A DNA stretch of 64,000 bases from Bdellovibrionota bacterium (GTDB lineage Bacteria > Bdellovibrionota_C > UBA2361 > JAAYZI01). Positions 29,565-40,324 of the stretch are shown here, in pieces (the stretch's first letter is position 1; every line of letters starts with the position of its first letter). The notes beneath the pieces are model-generated. The model did not search any database. It was not told the DNA's origin and saw only the letters and a program-made list of their open reading frames with translations. Made by a program: the position numbers and the translations under genes. The stretch is from assembly GCA_050950765.1 (NCBI GenBank), contig JBMNIF010000003.1, positions 480,001 to 544,000 of the forward strand. The letters run 5' to 3'.

Positions 29565-30359
29565 TTACTGCGCGATAGCGTCCTGTGCAGCAGGTGCCGC
29601 TGCAGCATCAACATGCACTTCAACACGACGATTAATCGCACGTGCCCAATCTGTCTGCTCTTCAAAGATCGGTTTTGATTTTCCAAACGTCACGGTTGAA
29701 ACACGCTCAGGTGCGATCCCTAAAGCTAACAACTCCTGACGAACCGCTTCAGCTCTATCAAGTCCAAGCTTCTCATTGTACTCAGGTGTACCGATGTAGT
29801 CAGTATGCCCCTCAAGCACAACATTAACATCACCGGAATCTTGAAGTAATTGTCCGATCTGTTTTACACGACCTCTGCCAAGATCGTTCAAAGCACGAAC
29901 ATTAAAATCGAAATTAACATCTGGGAAATAAATATTGCGCTCACCCCCCTGATCTGGATTTAACGCCGTCACTTCAGCAGTATTACCAGCCTCAAGATCT
30001 GCGTAATTATAAGGGGAGATAGAACGACAATCCGGCACACTGGAATCACCAGAGAAACACTCCGGGTTTCTGAAGTCATACGGCTCACGATACCCCATAA
30101 CACTCCGCGTCGTTTCAGTAGAAGATGCAAAGTAACTTAATGGTCTAAAAAACACCTCACGCGCAACCCAACCTATCGGGTGCACTACGTAAGCTAACAC
30201 TCGCAAAGGATGAGACTCACTCTCACGATAGCGTGGTGCGGTATGATAGCTCACTATCCCATTATCAGCAGGAAGTTTATCTTGTGCTGAAACAACACAA
30301 GGAAAAACAGCCAAAACACTTAAAACCAATAAAACTTTAATTTTCGTTGCCATTCCCAA
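29565..30359 (-). CDS. OmpA_C/Pal-like peptidoglycan-binding protein
   Basis: Signal peptide; VNFDFN...LEGHTDYIGTPEYNEKLGLDRAEAV...INRRVE. Confidence 0.92.
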   Translation of the reverse strand: MGMATKIKVLLVLSVLAVFPCVVSAQDKLPADNGIVSYHTAPRYRESESHPLRVLAYVVHPIGWVAREVFFRPLSYFASSTETTRSVMGYREPYDFRNPECFSGDSSVPDCRSISPYNYADLEAGNTAEVTALNPDQGGERNIYFPDVNFDFNVRALNDLGRGRVKQIGQLLQDSGDVNVVLEGHTDYIGTPEYNEKLGLDRAEAVRQELLALGIAPERVSTVTFGKSKPIFEEQTDWARAINRRVEVHVDAAAAPAAQDAIAQ

Positions 30360-30770
30360 TCTCTCAAAAGGATTTCACAAAATTGTCACAATCCCCGCCC
30401 CCTTCGCAACTAATCAAATCACAGCAAGGAACAGGACACCCCACTACGGAGAACGCACTCCCCATGGCAAAAACTCCACCACGGTAAGGATATTTAGAGA
30501 CGCCTTTTTCGTCAAGGGTAGAAATCTACGAGACATATAGATTCACTTCACGGAATAAAGGTCTCAAAAACATCTCTATCCTCCCTGCTAGTATTCTCTT
30601 TCTCGTTGACTTTAGCAAGGTATTTTATGCGGTTACCACCTTACAAAAAATACTTTCTTAATTCCACGAAACTGCAGATACCGACTCGGCATCTTAAGAT
30701 ATAGCTACTGTTGTATAAATTTAAGATTTTTCTAAAAAAATCAGTACAAAAAACCTAAGGTGCTAAAATT

Positions 30771-33131
30771 ATGAGCAAAACTAGCAAAATGATGTTTTAT
30801 TCATTAAATATTTACAACATAAGAGTCTCCATTCTCTTAGGGTTATCAGCATTGCTACTCAATGCCCTGCCTAATATTACAGAACCTGAAACGGTCTTCA
30901 TCGGGAATATCTGTATCTTTATCTCAGCTCTGATACTCCCCCCTTTCTATGCCGCCGTTACAGCGATTTTAGGTTTACTGCCTCACGTCTTTATTTCAGA
31001 GATAAACCCGATCTGCTTCATTCAAGCATTTATTTTGACAGTGGTTATTTCATCTTTCATAAAAAGAAATCCGAAGATCCCTGCTTATCTTATAGCGATC
31101 CCACTTCTGTGTATTTTAATACCGGCACAATATTACTTATCGCGTGCAAATTTTTTTGCTCCCTTATCACCACAAGGCAGTGCCTTAAATCTTCATAACC
31201 TCCTTATAGCCGGTTATAGCGATACCCTCTTTGTTATAATCGCCGGTACCCTCTTGCTAAATAATGATATCTGGAACTTTTTAACGAAAAAGCCCCGTAA
31301 CATCAGACTTTCATATTTATTATACCACACCATCCCTTCAGGGCTATTAACTGCATCTCTACTTGTAATTATTGTGAGTGGACTAGAATCTACCGCTAGC
31401 ATCCTCAGCATATTCTTCTTTTCGATCTTCATCAGTATCGCTTTAGCAAAATTTTTAGCAAAAGCGATCGAAGATAATTCCGGATCTTTAATTACAGAAA
31501 AAACATTTGAACACCACCGCAGCACGGCTTTTTCTGGAACTTCAAGCGAGTTCTGGAAAAGAAAAAGCACCAGCACAGGAGAGATCCCATTCCCTAGTGT
31601 CTTAAATACAACCACAACCTCTTCAACAAAAAATAAAAGTATCAATAGCAATACGGGAGTCTGCGCCATTGACAAAAACGGTGTCGTCCTATTTTTAAAC
31701 AGACAATTTAAAGAATTACTGCACGTAACACACCCAACACCCCTCGGACAACCGTTAGCTGAAATAGGAATAGAAGAGGGTGCACGGGATGATATCTTAC
31801 AACTTGTCTCTAGAACTATTAAAAGCGGCTCTCGTAAAATAGAGATAAAGTTAAATTCTCTTCCGGAGAAGCTCCGTTTTTATGAGATAAGAGCTGAGTT
31901 TTCAGAAGATCTGCAAGCGATCTCATTAAGCGACAACAATGACGGTGTCGTTATAAAAGTCAAAGACATCACTAATCGAAGAGCACTGGAAAGTCATATG
32001 ATTCGTGCGCAACGACTTAATTCTATCGGCAACATCGTCCGCGGAATGACTCACGATTTTAACAACACCCTTGCTTCCATTATCGGACAGGCGAGCTGCG
32101 GCACATGGAGCACCAACAAAGAGGAGATGCTCCGTTACTTTGAGTCAATTATTACAGACTGCGAAGCAGCTGGAGAAGATGTCCGTCGGTTATTAGATTT
32201 TGTTGAAGAGAAAGAATCTACTATAAAAGCAGTTAATCTGGGACAACTTTTAAAAGATCATTTAGATCTCTTTAAGAGACTAGTCGGAGAAAAGATAGAG
32301 TTGGTTTATAACAATAACACAAGCGCCACCACTGTTTCATGCGATCCACAACTAACCGTTCAAGCTATTATCAATATACTTATAAATTCAAAAGAAGCAT
32401 TTGCAGGAAACAAAGGAAAGATCTCCATCAATGTTAGTAATGAAAAAATAGATGGTGAGATCGCCGATCTGATCCCTGGTGGAAAAGCAGGTACATTCTG
32501 TCAACTCTTAATAGTCGATAACGCACAAGGGATGAACTCCGAAGTTCTATCTAAATGTTGCGATGCCTTATTCACCACTAAAACATCAGATGGACATTCA
32601 GGACTGGGGTTAACTATGGTTTACGGAATTATGCGCTCCTTCGAGGGGTTTCTTGCCATAGAAAGTAACGTCAATAAAGGTACCAGCATTTCACTTTATT
32701 TTCCTCAATCAAAAGTTTGCGAAATGCAGGTGGAAGAGCCTCTCACCACTCAAAAATCTCAATCTCTAAAGGTCAGTCCCAATAAAGAGAAGATTCTCGT
32801 TGTAGATGATGACAGTAGTATTAGGAATGTCGTTTCAACAATGCTTTCAAAACTGGGATATAGTGTCAGCATCTGTGAAAACGGTGCTGAAGCTTTAGCT
32901 AAATTATCTAAAGAAAAAATAGATCTGCTCTTAACTGATTTAGCAATGCCTGGTATGACAGGAGTGGAGTTGGTTAATGAGCTTAAAGCGAAAAATATCC
33001 CAACTAAAACGATAATAATGACTGCATACAACATTGATGAAAATCAATTTGACGATACGGCAACTTTACTCTCGAAACCATTTGACATAGAGACATTATC
33101 TCAAGTTGTACACAACTCCATAACAACTTGA
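30771..33131 (+). CDS. Membrane-bound hybrid sensor histidine kinase (TM-PAS-HisKA-HATPase-REC)
   Basis: THDFNNTL H-box, NILINSKEA, DNAQG, FTTK...GLGL; REC motifs ILVVDDD, LTDLAMPGMTG and KPF. Confidence 0.93.
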   Translation: MSKTSKMMFYSLNIYNIRVSILLGLSALLLNALPNITEPETVFIGNICIFISALILPPFYAAVTAILGLLPHVFISEINPICFIQAFILTVVISSFIKRNPKIPAYLIAIPLLCILIPAQYYLSRANFFAPLSPQGSALNLHNLLIAGYSDTLFVIIAGTLLLNNDIWNFLTKKPRNIRLSYLLYHTIPSGLLTASLLVIIVSGLESTASILSIFFFSIFISIALAKFLAKAIEDNSGSLITEKTFEHHRSTAFSGTSSEFWKRKSTSTGEIPFPSVLNTTTTSSTKNKSINSNTGVCAIDKNGVVLFLNRQFKELLHVTHPTPLGQPLAEIGIEEGARDDILQLVSRTIKSGSRKIEIKLNSLPEKLRFYEIRAEFSEDLQAISLSDNNDGVVIKVKDITNRRALESHMIRAQRLNSIGNIVRGMTHDFNNTLASIIGQASCGTWSTNKEEMLRYFESIITDCEAAGEDVRRLLDFVEEKESTIKAVNLGQLLKDHLDLFKRLVGEKIELVYNNNTSATTVSCDPQLTVQAIINILINSKEAFAGNKGKISINVSNEKIDGEIADLIPGGKAGTFCQLLIVDNAQGMNSEVLSKCCDALFTTKTSDGHSGLGLTMVYGIMRSFEGFLAIESNVNKGTSISLYFPQSKVCEMQVEEPLTTQKSQSLKVSPNKEKILVVDDDSSIRNVVSTMLSKLGYSVSICENGAEALAKLSKEKIDLLLTDLAMPGMTGVELVNELKAKNIPTKTIIMTAYNIDENQFDDTATLLSKPFDIETLSQVVHNSITT

Positions 33132-33148
33132 AAAAGATAAGGTGGCGC

Positions 33149-33511
33149 ATGCAAAAACTACTGATCGTCGATGATGATACCGTTATTCAAGCATTATTAA
33201 AGGACTACTTTGAAGCTCTCACTTATGAAGTAACAGTTGCAGCTTCTGCTACGGAGTGTTTAGAAAAGTTAAGAGACTCACTTTACGATGCTATATTGAT
33301 GGATTTTCAGATATCAGATATGGATGCCACCGAACTACTCACAACTATCAAAAGTGACAATCTGAAACGATCAACTAAGATAATTATTATTTCCGGAAAC
33401 GAGCAGGCACAAGAATTAATCGAAGATAAAGGACTCTTTGCGGAAGCTTACATTACAAAACCTTTTACACCTAAAGAGATCCTGACAAAGATAAACGAAT
33501 TGCTAATTTAA
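33149..33511 (+). CDS. Single-domain response regulator
   Basis: LLIVDDD, ILMDFQ and ITKPF; AAGGTGG precedes ATG 33149. Confidence 0.92.
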   Translation: MQKLLIVDDDTVIQALLKDYFEALTYEVTVAASATECLEKLRDSLYDAILMDFQISDMDATELLTTIKSDNLKRSTKIIIISGNEQAQELIEDKGLFAEAYITKPFTPKEILTKINELLI

Positions 33512-34144
33512 AAGCTTATTCTCTAACTGCTTAAAACTTAACGCCTCAGCTAACTCAAATATATCTTTGCGGTTATCGCACTTAGCAGATATCTGCACAC
33601 GTATACTCTTCGGCATCTTTACAAAAAGAGAACAGGTGTGGTCTTTTAACTCATAAAACTTTCCTTCAAATTCCCCTTGCACCTGTAGATCTTCTTGCAC
33701 TTCAACCGGAAGTCGCGGTGGCTCAATATTTTTATAATCTTCAAGCAGCCCTACCTCTGCTTCCGCTAGATACAACGGTCGCGGGATATATACCACCGTT
33801 AAAACTTTTCTATCATCCTTATTCTGAAAGGTTCTCTTAATCTTCAAGACTTTAGTCGAAAAAGGTGTTTCCGTATTGATCAACTTAAAATCAAACCCTC
33901 TAACACCGAACCAAGAAAAAAGAAGAGTATATGACTTTCTATCTTTAAAAAGCTTACTATAATTACTTCCGTCATCATAGACGCCACCTAAGTGCGTTCT
34001 TTTCGAAGACAACTCATTTTCAATCTGTCTATAAGAACTTGAATCAGTTATGGTTCTTATATCAATTCCATCTGCTTTGGCGCACTCATTCCTTCCCAAA
34101 CCGAAAAGCATAATAAATAAGATTATGAAGATAGTTTTAAACAT
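33503..34144 (-). CDS. Hypothetical exported protein
   Basis: 213-aa ORF with a signal-peptide-like N-terminus. Confidence 0.7.
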   Translation of the reverse strand: MFKTIFIILFIMLFGLGRNECAKADGIDIRTITDSSSYRQIENELSSKRTHLGGVYDDGSNYSKLFKDRKSYTLLFSWFGVRGFDFKLINTETPFSTKVLKIKRTFQNKDDRKVLTVVYIPRPLYLAEAEVGLLEDYKNIEPPRLPVEVQEDLQVQGEFEGKFYELKDHTCSLFVKMPKSIRVQISAKCDNRKDIFELAEALSFKQLENKLLN

Positions 34145-34220
34145 ATTTTCTCTTAGATCTTTTTTTAACTCTGTTATGCAAGATTTTAATAATAAGTTGA
34201 TTTAATTTGCATTACATAAA

Positions 34221-34946
34221 TCAGATTTCACCATCAGCACGCTTTGAACGGAGTCGTTTACGCAAACGCCCCAAACGTGTTGCTGGTCCCTGACTACGCT
34301 CTATACAAAATTTCTGTATAGATTCAAGTAGCCCCTCCTCTCCTCCTTTAGAAAATGTCTTTGCTAATTCTGAAGAACGTCGCAATCCGTTTAAAGCTCT
34401 CGGCAGTTCACGTTTAGCAGTCTCAAATTGCTGCGCCTGTCGAATAATAGTAGCCGTGATATCTAAAGACTGCATCAGAATTGCTACTAAAGCTTCATTC
34501 CTATCCTTTGCATTTAACACAACTTCCGCTATCGGCTCACCTTTTGTAGCGTTTACAATAGCATCGTCAACAGATTCAGCAGTAAACGGTTTTACCAAAT
34601 ATCCTTTAGCTCCTAAAATAAAGAGATCAAAAACATCATCAACATCAGGTTCAAATGATGTAGGAATCATTATAATTTCAGGCATACACTCCATGATCTT
34701 CTTCACAAAATCAACAACGGGCATATTAGTCGGTCGCGCATCAAAAATTAGATGCGTAAAGTGACGCTGCTCTAATTTCTCAAAAGCTCCTATATGGGTT
34801 GAGACATCGCTTAACCCGCCGAAGCCAAGATCTTTTAAGCAACTTCGCATATTGCTTCTATCGATAGCATCCGGCTCAACAATGAGGACACAGGCCCTAC
34901 TCCTTTCCAACGGTCCCATAGAGAGTGACTGATCAAAGCTTCCCAT
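34221..34946 (-). CDS. CheY-like receiver protein with helical C-terminal extension
   Basis: VLIVEPD, LIFDA and GAKGYLVKPFT; about 100-aa unrecognised tail. Confidence 0.85.
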   Translation of the reverse strand: MGSFDQSLSMGPLERSRACVLIVEPDAIDRSNMRSCLKDLGFGGLSDVSTHIGAFEKLEQRHFTHLIFDARPTNMPVVDFVKKIMECMPEIIMIPTSFEPDVDDVFDLFILGAKGYLVKPFTAESVDDAIVNATKGEPIAEVVLNAKDRNEALVAILMQSLDITATIIRQAQQFETAKRELPRALNGLRRSSELAKTFSKGGEEGLLESIQKFCIERSQGPATRLGRLRKRLRSKRADGEI

Positions 34947-35203
34947 ATAATCGAACCCCGTAGAAAAAAATCAAACCCTTTAACTTCGTAGGTATCTGAT
35001 AACCATACTAAAAGTTAAGACAGAACAAAACGCACCCCTTCGTCAAGATCAATAAATATTACTACATTTTGCCATCTCTTCTACTTGTATCGTCAATAAA
35101 TTAAGAGCACTTAACGATCGGATGAGTTATTTTTAATTTTTTATATAATCGTGCTAAAATTGGTAAATTGCTTTTTTAAAACGACAAACTTAAGCTAAAA
35201 AAC

Positions 35204-36019
35204 ATGAATAGCACTATGAATTGTTTAAATATCATCTGTTTTGGAGATGTCGTCGGCAGAGGTGCCAGAAGAGCCTTAAAAGCCCTCTGTCCTCAACTTA
35301 GAGAGGATTTTAAGGCTAATTTAATTATTGCCAACGGCGAAAACGCCGCAGGCGGGGTCGGACTCGATACCGGCACAGCTTTAGAATTAAGATCTGCAGG
35401 CATAGATATCATTACGTTGGGAGATCATGCTTGGCAAAAAAAGGATTTTTTTGAATATCTCGACAAGCACACCGATCACTGCATTCGTCCAGCCAATTAC
35501 CCTGCGGGCTGCCCTGGAAGAGGCTGGACCACCCTTGAAGTAGCAGGACACAAGATCGGCATTATCAATCTGTTAGGGCGTATTTTTACAACAAATGGAC
35601 TGGATTGCCCGTTTAAAACAGCAGAAAAGATACTTAACGAAGATCTGGCAGATTGTCGGGTCATTATATGTGATATTCACGCTGAAGCGACCTCCGAAAA
35701 AGTGGCTTTCGCAAAATTTTTTGACGGTAGGTTCTCCCTGATCTTTGGTACACACACCCATGTTCAAACTGCTGATGAAAGGATTCTCGCAGGTGGCACA
35801 GCTTACATCACAGATCTCGGTATGTGTGGCAGTGAAAATGGCGTTATCGGAATGGATACAAAAACAGCTATCTCTCGCTTCCTGACAGGGATCCAGTACG
35901 CTTACAAAATAGCGAAAGGCGATACACAACTTTCCGGTATCTTCTGCAAAATAGATCTTGATACGGGGAAGGCTATATCTATCGAACGTCTTGCTATCCC
36001 CTATACAGAGGAAAAGTAG
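35204..36019 (+). CDS. ymdB: YmdB-family (TIGR00282) metallophosphoesterase
   Basis: GDVVG, NGENAAGG, RPANYP, DIHAEATSEK, GTHTHVQTAD and TDLGMCG. Confidence 0.93.
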   Translation: MNSTMNCLNIICFGDVVGRGARRALKALCPQLREDFKANLIIANGENAAGGVGLDTGTALELRSAGIDIITLGDHAWQKKDFFEYLDKHTDHCIRPANYPAGCPGRGWTTLEVAGHKIGIINLLGRIFTTNGLDCPFKTAEKILNEDLADCRVIICDIHAEATSEKVAFAKFFDGRFSLIFGTHTHVQTADERILAGGTAYITDLGMCGSENGVIGMDTKTAISRFLTGIQYAYKIAKGDTQLSGIFCKIDLDTGKAISIERLAIPYTEEK

Positions 36020-36056
36020 CCCTTACCACTGTAAAAACTTTACAGGCAAAGACTCG

Positions 36057-37544
36057 TTAGACAAAATCCAAGGCAATCAATTCTCCATGCTCATTTACAG
36101 GTGGATTTTTCGGAAAAGTTACTCGCATAGTTGTGCCTTGCCCTAATTTACTGGTTACTTCAACGTTGCCTCCATGCGCAGTAACAATACTTTTTACGAC
36201 AGAGAGACCTAATCCTGAGCCCGCCACGCTGTTGTGTCGTTCTAGACGGGTAAAACGTTGGAAGATCTGCGTAACCTCAGACGGCTCCATACCAGAACCT
36301 GTATCAGAGACATCCACCCTAATACCGCCATCATCACACTCACCATAGGATAACGTTACACTCCCCCCACGTGGCGTAAACTTAAAAGCATTATTTAACA
36401 AGTTTCCGAGCACACGCTCAAACCCAACTCGATCTAAAAACACTCGCTCATCACCGCAATCGCATAAATTAAATATAACGCCCTTAGCTGCCGCAATAGT
36501 CATATAATTAGCAGAGACGTTATCGATAGCCTCTTTTAAGGAGGTATCAGCAGGTTTCATAATAAAATTTCCCTCCTGCAAACGACGCGTACTTAGGAAT
36601 TCATTGATTAAATTAATCATCCCTTGTGCAGAAGAACCTATCCGTAAAGCGATCTCATTAACCTTACTCCCTTTCTCCGTTAAGTCTTCTAAGATCTCTG
36701 CTGAGAGTGAGATCGCCCCTAACGGCCCTTTTAAGTCGTGCGTTGTTGTTGAAAGCATTTCACGTTGAAACTTTTCACGTCTCTTGTTCTCCGTTATATC
36801 TCGAATCCAAACAACCCAACCACCTGTCGCTGTATCAGAAACTGCTGCCAAACTTAGATCATACGCTGCCGCATCATCACAAAACAGCACCTCCCTATGC
36901 CAAACGGCATTAGCTTCCAAAGTTGTTAAATGGCTCTTTATTGATTCTGTGAGCTCCTTATGTTTACTGACCTTCTCTGAAAAAAGATCAGAGATATTTT
37001 CTCCGACAGCTCCACATTTTAATGCAAAATTTTTAAACGATCTGTTAGAATAACGGATCTCTCCATCAACACCAACAACAGCCAAACCGTCGCTACTATT
37101 TTCAATCGTAATTCTGAGCGTCTCCATCTCACGCAACAACTTCTGTCTCTCTTCCATTAACTTCGTGGAAGCATAAACTCGAGAAAGTGCTAATCCGATC
37201 GATTCGCTGAACTCCGTACCGAAATCTTTGACGATAAAATCTTTTGCACCAGCTTTCATGGCAGCGACAGCATCACTCCATGAAGTTGATGAGGTTAAAA
37301 CAATTAACGGGACATCCCTTTCAATCAGAACTCCTAAATCTTTAACACCAACCGCATCAGGCAGATGTAAATCACTAATGATTAGATCTGGTTGCCAACC
37401 ATTTAATATAGTTAGCGCCTCTGCCAAAGTTGAAGCATGTTTTATCTCTGCGCCGTGCGCAGTTAAAGCCCGTTTAATTATCAGGGCATGCGAGGTGTCA
37501 TCCTCAAGCAGCAAGATTCCATCAAAAAGCGCCTGTTCTTCCAT
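36057..37544 (-). CDS. Hybrid REC-PAS-histidine kinase
   Basis: LLLEDD/ISDLHLPD receiver; THDLKGPL; NLLNNAFKFT; DTGSG; GSGLGL. Confidence 0.93.
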   Translation of the reverse strand: MEEQALFDGILLLEDDTSHALIIKRALTAHGAEIKHASTLAEALTILNGWQPDLIISDLHLPDAVGVKDLGVLIERDVPLIVLTSSTSWSDAVAAMKAGAKDFIVKDFGTEFSESIGLALSRVYASTKLMEERQKLLREMETLRITIENSSDGLAVVGVDGEIRYSNRSFKNFALKCGAVGENISDLFSEKVSKHKELTESIKSHLTTLEANAVWHREVLFCDDAAAYDLSLAAVSDTATGGWVVWIRDITENKRREKFQREMLSTTTHDLKGPLGAISLSAEILEDLTEKGSKVNEIALRIGSSAQGMINLINEFLSTRRLQEGNFIMKPADTSLKEAIDNVSANYMTIAAAKGVIFNLCDCGDERVFLDRVGFERVLGNLLNNAFKFTPRGGSVTLSYGECDDGGIRVDVSDTGSGMEPSEVTQIFQRFTRLERHNSVAGSGLGLSVVKSIVTAHGGNVEVTSKLGQGTTMRVTFPKNPPVNEHGELIALDFV

Positions 37545-37712
37545 AATAACATCAACCTATTTTTATCTTTTTAACGAACCTAACTCTTCTTGAACAAAAC
37601 GAAGATAGATAAGACTACACACTGCCTTTAGATGCACAATTTTTTATTCGGAACCATCAATTTACCTTGAAAGTAAGCATACTTAAAAATGAAAAAAATT
37701 AGGCGCTGAAAA

Positions 37713-37741
37713 TTGACGTATCTTCGTTAAACGTTTACTAT
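37713..37741 (+). promoter_or_regulatory. Putative sigma70 promoter of dcd
   Basis: TTGACG-17 bp-TACTAT, ending 9 nt before the ATG. Confidence 0.65.
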
Positions 37742-37750
37742 CCCCCAATT

Positions 37751-38269
37751 ATGATAAAACCTGATCATTGGATACGTAAATTTGGAGAGTCTGGCGGGAT
37801 TACGCCGTTTGCAGCGGAACAGATAAATCCTGCTAGTTATGATGTAACTCTTGGAAATCATTGGATTTGCCCAACGCGTGATCCTCAAGAAACAATTTCT
37901 GATACTTTTACCTTATTCCCCGGTGAGGTGATTTTAGCTACAACCCGTGAATATCTAAAGATGCCACGTGATGTTGTTTGCGATTTGAAGTTAAAGAGCT
38001 CTTTAGGTCGACTCTGGCTTAATCACAGCTTAAGTGGTTGGATTGATTGCAATTTTCAGGGGCAAGTGACGCTTGAGCTTCAAAATTTAGGTCCCTATCC
38101 CCGTTTGTTGCAAGCAGGCATACGCGTGGCGCAACTTGTATTTATGGCGATGGAGGCTCCACCTGAAGTTGCTTATGGCGAAGGTGGTTGTGGACACTAT
38201 CAGGGACAAACGGGAGCAACGCCAGCTTTCAGCGAAGAGTTTTTTAAGATCGTTACAGACGGCAAGTAA
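37751..38269 (+). CDS. dcd: dCTP deaminase
   Basis: QINPASYDVTLG, KSSLGR, GWIDCNFQGQVTLE, AQLVF and YQGQ. Confidence 0.93.
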   Translation: MIKPDHWIRKFGESGGITPFAAEQINPASYDVTLGNHWICPTRDPQETISDTFTLFPGEVILATTREYLKMPRDVVCDLKLKSSLGRLWLNHSLSGWIDCNFQGQVTLELQNLGPYPRLLQAGIRVAQLVFMAMEAPPEVAYGEGGCGHYQGQTGATPAFSEEFFKIVTDGK

Positions 38270-38336
38270 AAACAGTAAATAAATGTACCTTAATTTTCTA
38301 TTCTGAGGTTTTTCGAGAAACAGCTGTATTGTTTAA

Positions 38337-38410
38337 TTTTTACCCCCCCATAAAAAACCTAACCAATTCGCTTTTCAATTTCAGCTAGCCCGATCGTCAC
38401 TGCCAGATCC
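38337..38410 (+). repeat. Degenerate single repeat unit, locus 7
   Basis: TTTTTACCCCCCCATAAAAAACCTAACCAATTCGCTTTTCAATTTCAGC...ATCGTCACTG aligns with the unit at 13062. Confidence 0.65.
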
Positions 38411-38440
38411 GAGCACTTTTTTACTTTCTAGCTCCACCCC

Positions 38441-38476
38441 TTGAAATAAATAGTGCTTTTTGTTATTTTCGCGCCC
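38441..38476 (+). promoter_or_regulatory. Putative sigma70 promoter of rpsT with GC-rich discriminator
   Basis: TTGAAA-17 bp-TATTTT with an extended TG, followed by CGCGCCC. Confidence 0.5.
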
Positions 38477-38618
38477 TATTCAGGGCTTAGTTTATATTCA
38501 TTCTCTAAATATTATCGGAATGAGGTGTCTTTAAGTCTGTTTAGTACAAAACGTAGTCGGTTTTTTGGCGGCTACAAAAATTGAGTAATTATAAGAGATT
38601 AAATATAGAGTATTTTAT

Positions 38619-38894
38619 ATGGCTAACCATAAATCATCGAAAAAAAGAATTCGTCAAACCATTCGCCGCAATGAGCGCAACCGTTCTACCCGTTCAGCTT
38701 GCCGTACAGCCATAAAGGCAGTACGTGTAGCAGTTGAAGCAGGAGATGAAAATTCAACGGAACTTTTACGTAAAGCTGAAAAGATGTTGGCAACTGCTGG
38801 TTCAAAAGGTATTTATCATAAAAAAACAGTGGCTCGCCGTGTCAGTAGATTAGCTCATCTTGTAAATAAAATGAGCGCTCCCACCCAAGCGTAA
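38619..38894 (+). CDS. rpsT: 30S ribosomal protein S20
   Basis: MANHKSSKKRIRQ...KGIYHKKTVARRVSRL. Confidence 0.98.
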   Translation: MANHKSSKKRIRQTIRRNERNRSTRSACRTAIKAVRVAVEAGDENSTELLRKAEKMLATAGSKGIYHKKTVARRVSRLAHLVNKMSAPTQA

Positions 38895-38936
38895 TAACTC
38901 TATATAATTTACTCTTCACACCTGAAGATGGATCTT

Positions 38937-38973
38937 TAAGAGCGGTGTTATTTCTAAAATAGCACCGCTCTTA
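38937..38973. terminator. Strong hairpin between convergent genes
   Basis: TAAGAGCGGTGTTATTT-CTA-AAATAGCACCGCTCTTA. Confidence 0.7.
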
Positions 38974-39009
38974 GATTGAGTATTAAAGTTGTTCTTATAT
39001 TGTATCTTC

Positions 39010-39345
39010 TTAATGTAAGTCACCTTTTCTTAAGGCGTTTAGTTTTTCTGCATTAAGCCTAACTGCTTCAAAATTAGGCATCATCGGCTCGCCCGTTTCA
39101 AGACTATCTTTTCTAACCGCCCCTTGTAATTCCACAGAATTAATAACTCCGAGACGTTGTGTTTTAGGAACAAAGATCTCTCCACAAGTTTTACACTGCG
39201 CAACTATTATAATCCCTTCATAGGTGACACGTGTCAGTTCCGTAGAGAAATTTTCGTCATCTGTACCGTGGAAGCCGCAACTTGGGCAGGTAATTTCGTC
39301 AATAAATGTTTCGGCTAGCCCTCTTAACTTAAACTTTAATGACAT
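39010..39345 (-). CDS. Small zinc-ribbon-like hypothetical protein
   Basis: CPSCG ... CKTCGE. Confidence 0.75.
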   Translation of the reverse strand: MSLKFKLRGLAETFIDEITCPSCGFHGTDDENFSTELTRVTYEGIIIVAQCKTCGEIFVPKTQRLGVINSVELQGAVRKDSLETGEPMMPNFEAVRLNAEKLNALRKGDLH

Positions 39346-39418
39346 AATTACTCCATTAAGATCCGATCAATCTAAAAACAGAGAAACCTTCTCACTTATT
39401 TTATACAATCGGATAACT

Positions 39419-40318
39419 TTAAAGTTTCTTTAACATCGTAATCTGCCTACCACCGTCTCTGTATAAAACTTTATCCATAACAGAATACAAGATAGCCATA
39501 CCACGCCCATAAGTAACAATATCGGCAGTATCTAGATTTTTCTTACCGATATTTTTAAAACAAAACCCCCTCCCCTCATCTCTAATGCTAATTGTTAGCC
39601 AATCTCTTCGATATTTTATGGCGATAAAGATCTTACGCTCACCGTATTTTGGATCTTTTAGCCTTTCAGCTTTGAGCTTTGAAAAATAGTCTTTACCATC
39701 ACTATCAAACTGCTCTTTCAAAACTGAATCGAGTTCGAGATTGCCGTGCTCCAAACTGTTCGCCACAGCCTCTTGAAATGCCAACTCAATACACAACTTT
39801 TGATCCAATGAAATACATCTGGCTTTATAGAGAGAATCTACCACCCCGAGTTTTATCTTGGCATCTGAGAATTCACGAGAAGTAAAGCAGTACGTCGTTA
39901 ACTGCGAACGCACAAAATTAAAGCGCTCACTATCCTCAGATTCCATCTTTTTAACTTTTAAAACTCGATCTAACGCATCTTGCAAAGCAGAGAGGTCTAA
40001 TGGTTTTAATATATAATCTGAAACTCCTTCCCTTAATGCACACATAGCCTCATCAACCGAATTATCATCTCCTATAACGATAATTGAAGTTGGAGGACAA
40101 TGCTTTTTTAAAGACCGTAAGAGCTTGGCACCACTAAGCTTTGAAAGTTTGTAATTTGTTACAACAGCATCATATTTATTTTCAGACACTGCCTGTAAAA
40201 GGGTATCCCCATCATTAACGATAGAAAAATGCCAACCATTTCTTTTACAGAAACCCTCAAATACCGCACAAGCCTCACGATCTTTGTTTGCTAATAGGAT
40301 ATGCGGAGTAACAGACAT
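39419..40318 (-). CDS. Receiver-like domain fused to an RsbW/SpoIIAB-like HATPase (anti-sigma factor kinase)
   Basis: N-terminal REC fold (DYILKP) with ANK and TNY in place of the acidic residues; C-terminal EAVANSLEHGN, IRDEGRGF and GRGMAILYSVMD. Confidence 0.85.
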   Translation of the reverse strand: MSVTPHILLANKDREACAVFEGFCKRNGWHFSIVNDGDTLLQAVSENKYDAVVTNYKLSKLSGAKLLRSLKKHCPPTSIIVIGDDNSVDEAMCALREGVSDYILKPLDLSALQDALDRVLKVKKMESEDSERFNFVRSQLTTYCFTSREFSDAKIKLGVVDSLYKARCISLDQKLCIELAFQEAVANSLEHGNLELDSVLKEQFDSDGKDYFSKLKAERLKDPKYGERKIFIAIKYRRDWLTISIRDEGRGFCFKNIGKKNLDTADIVTYGRGMAILYSVMDKVLYRDGGRQITMLKKL

Positions 40319-40324
40319 AATTTG

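Noticed and set aside
34950..35203. 6S RNA or rny context upstream of ymdB
   Set aside because: The region is AT-rich with no long rod-like pairing that I can see.
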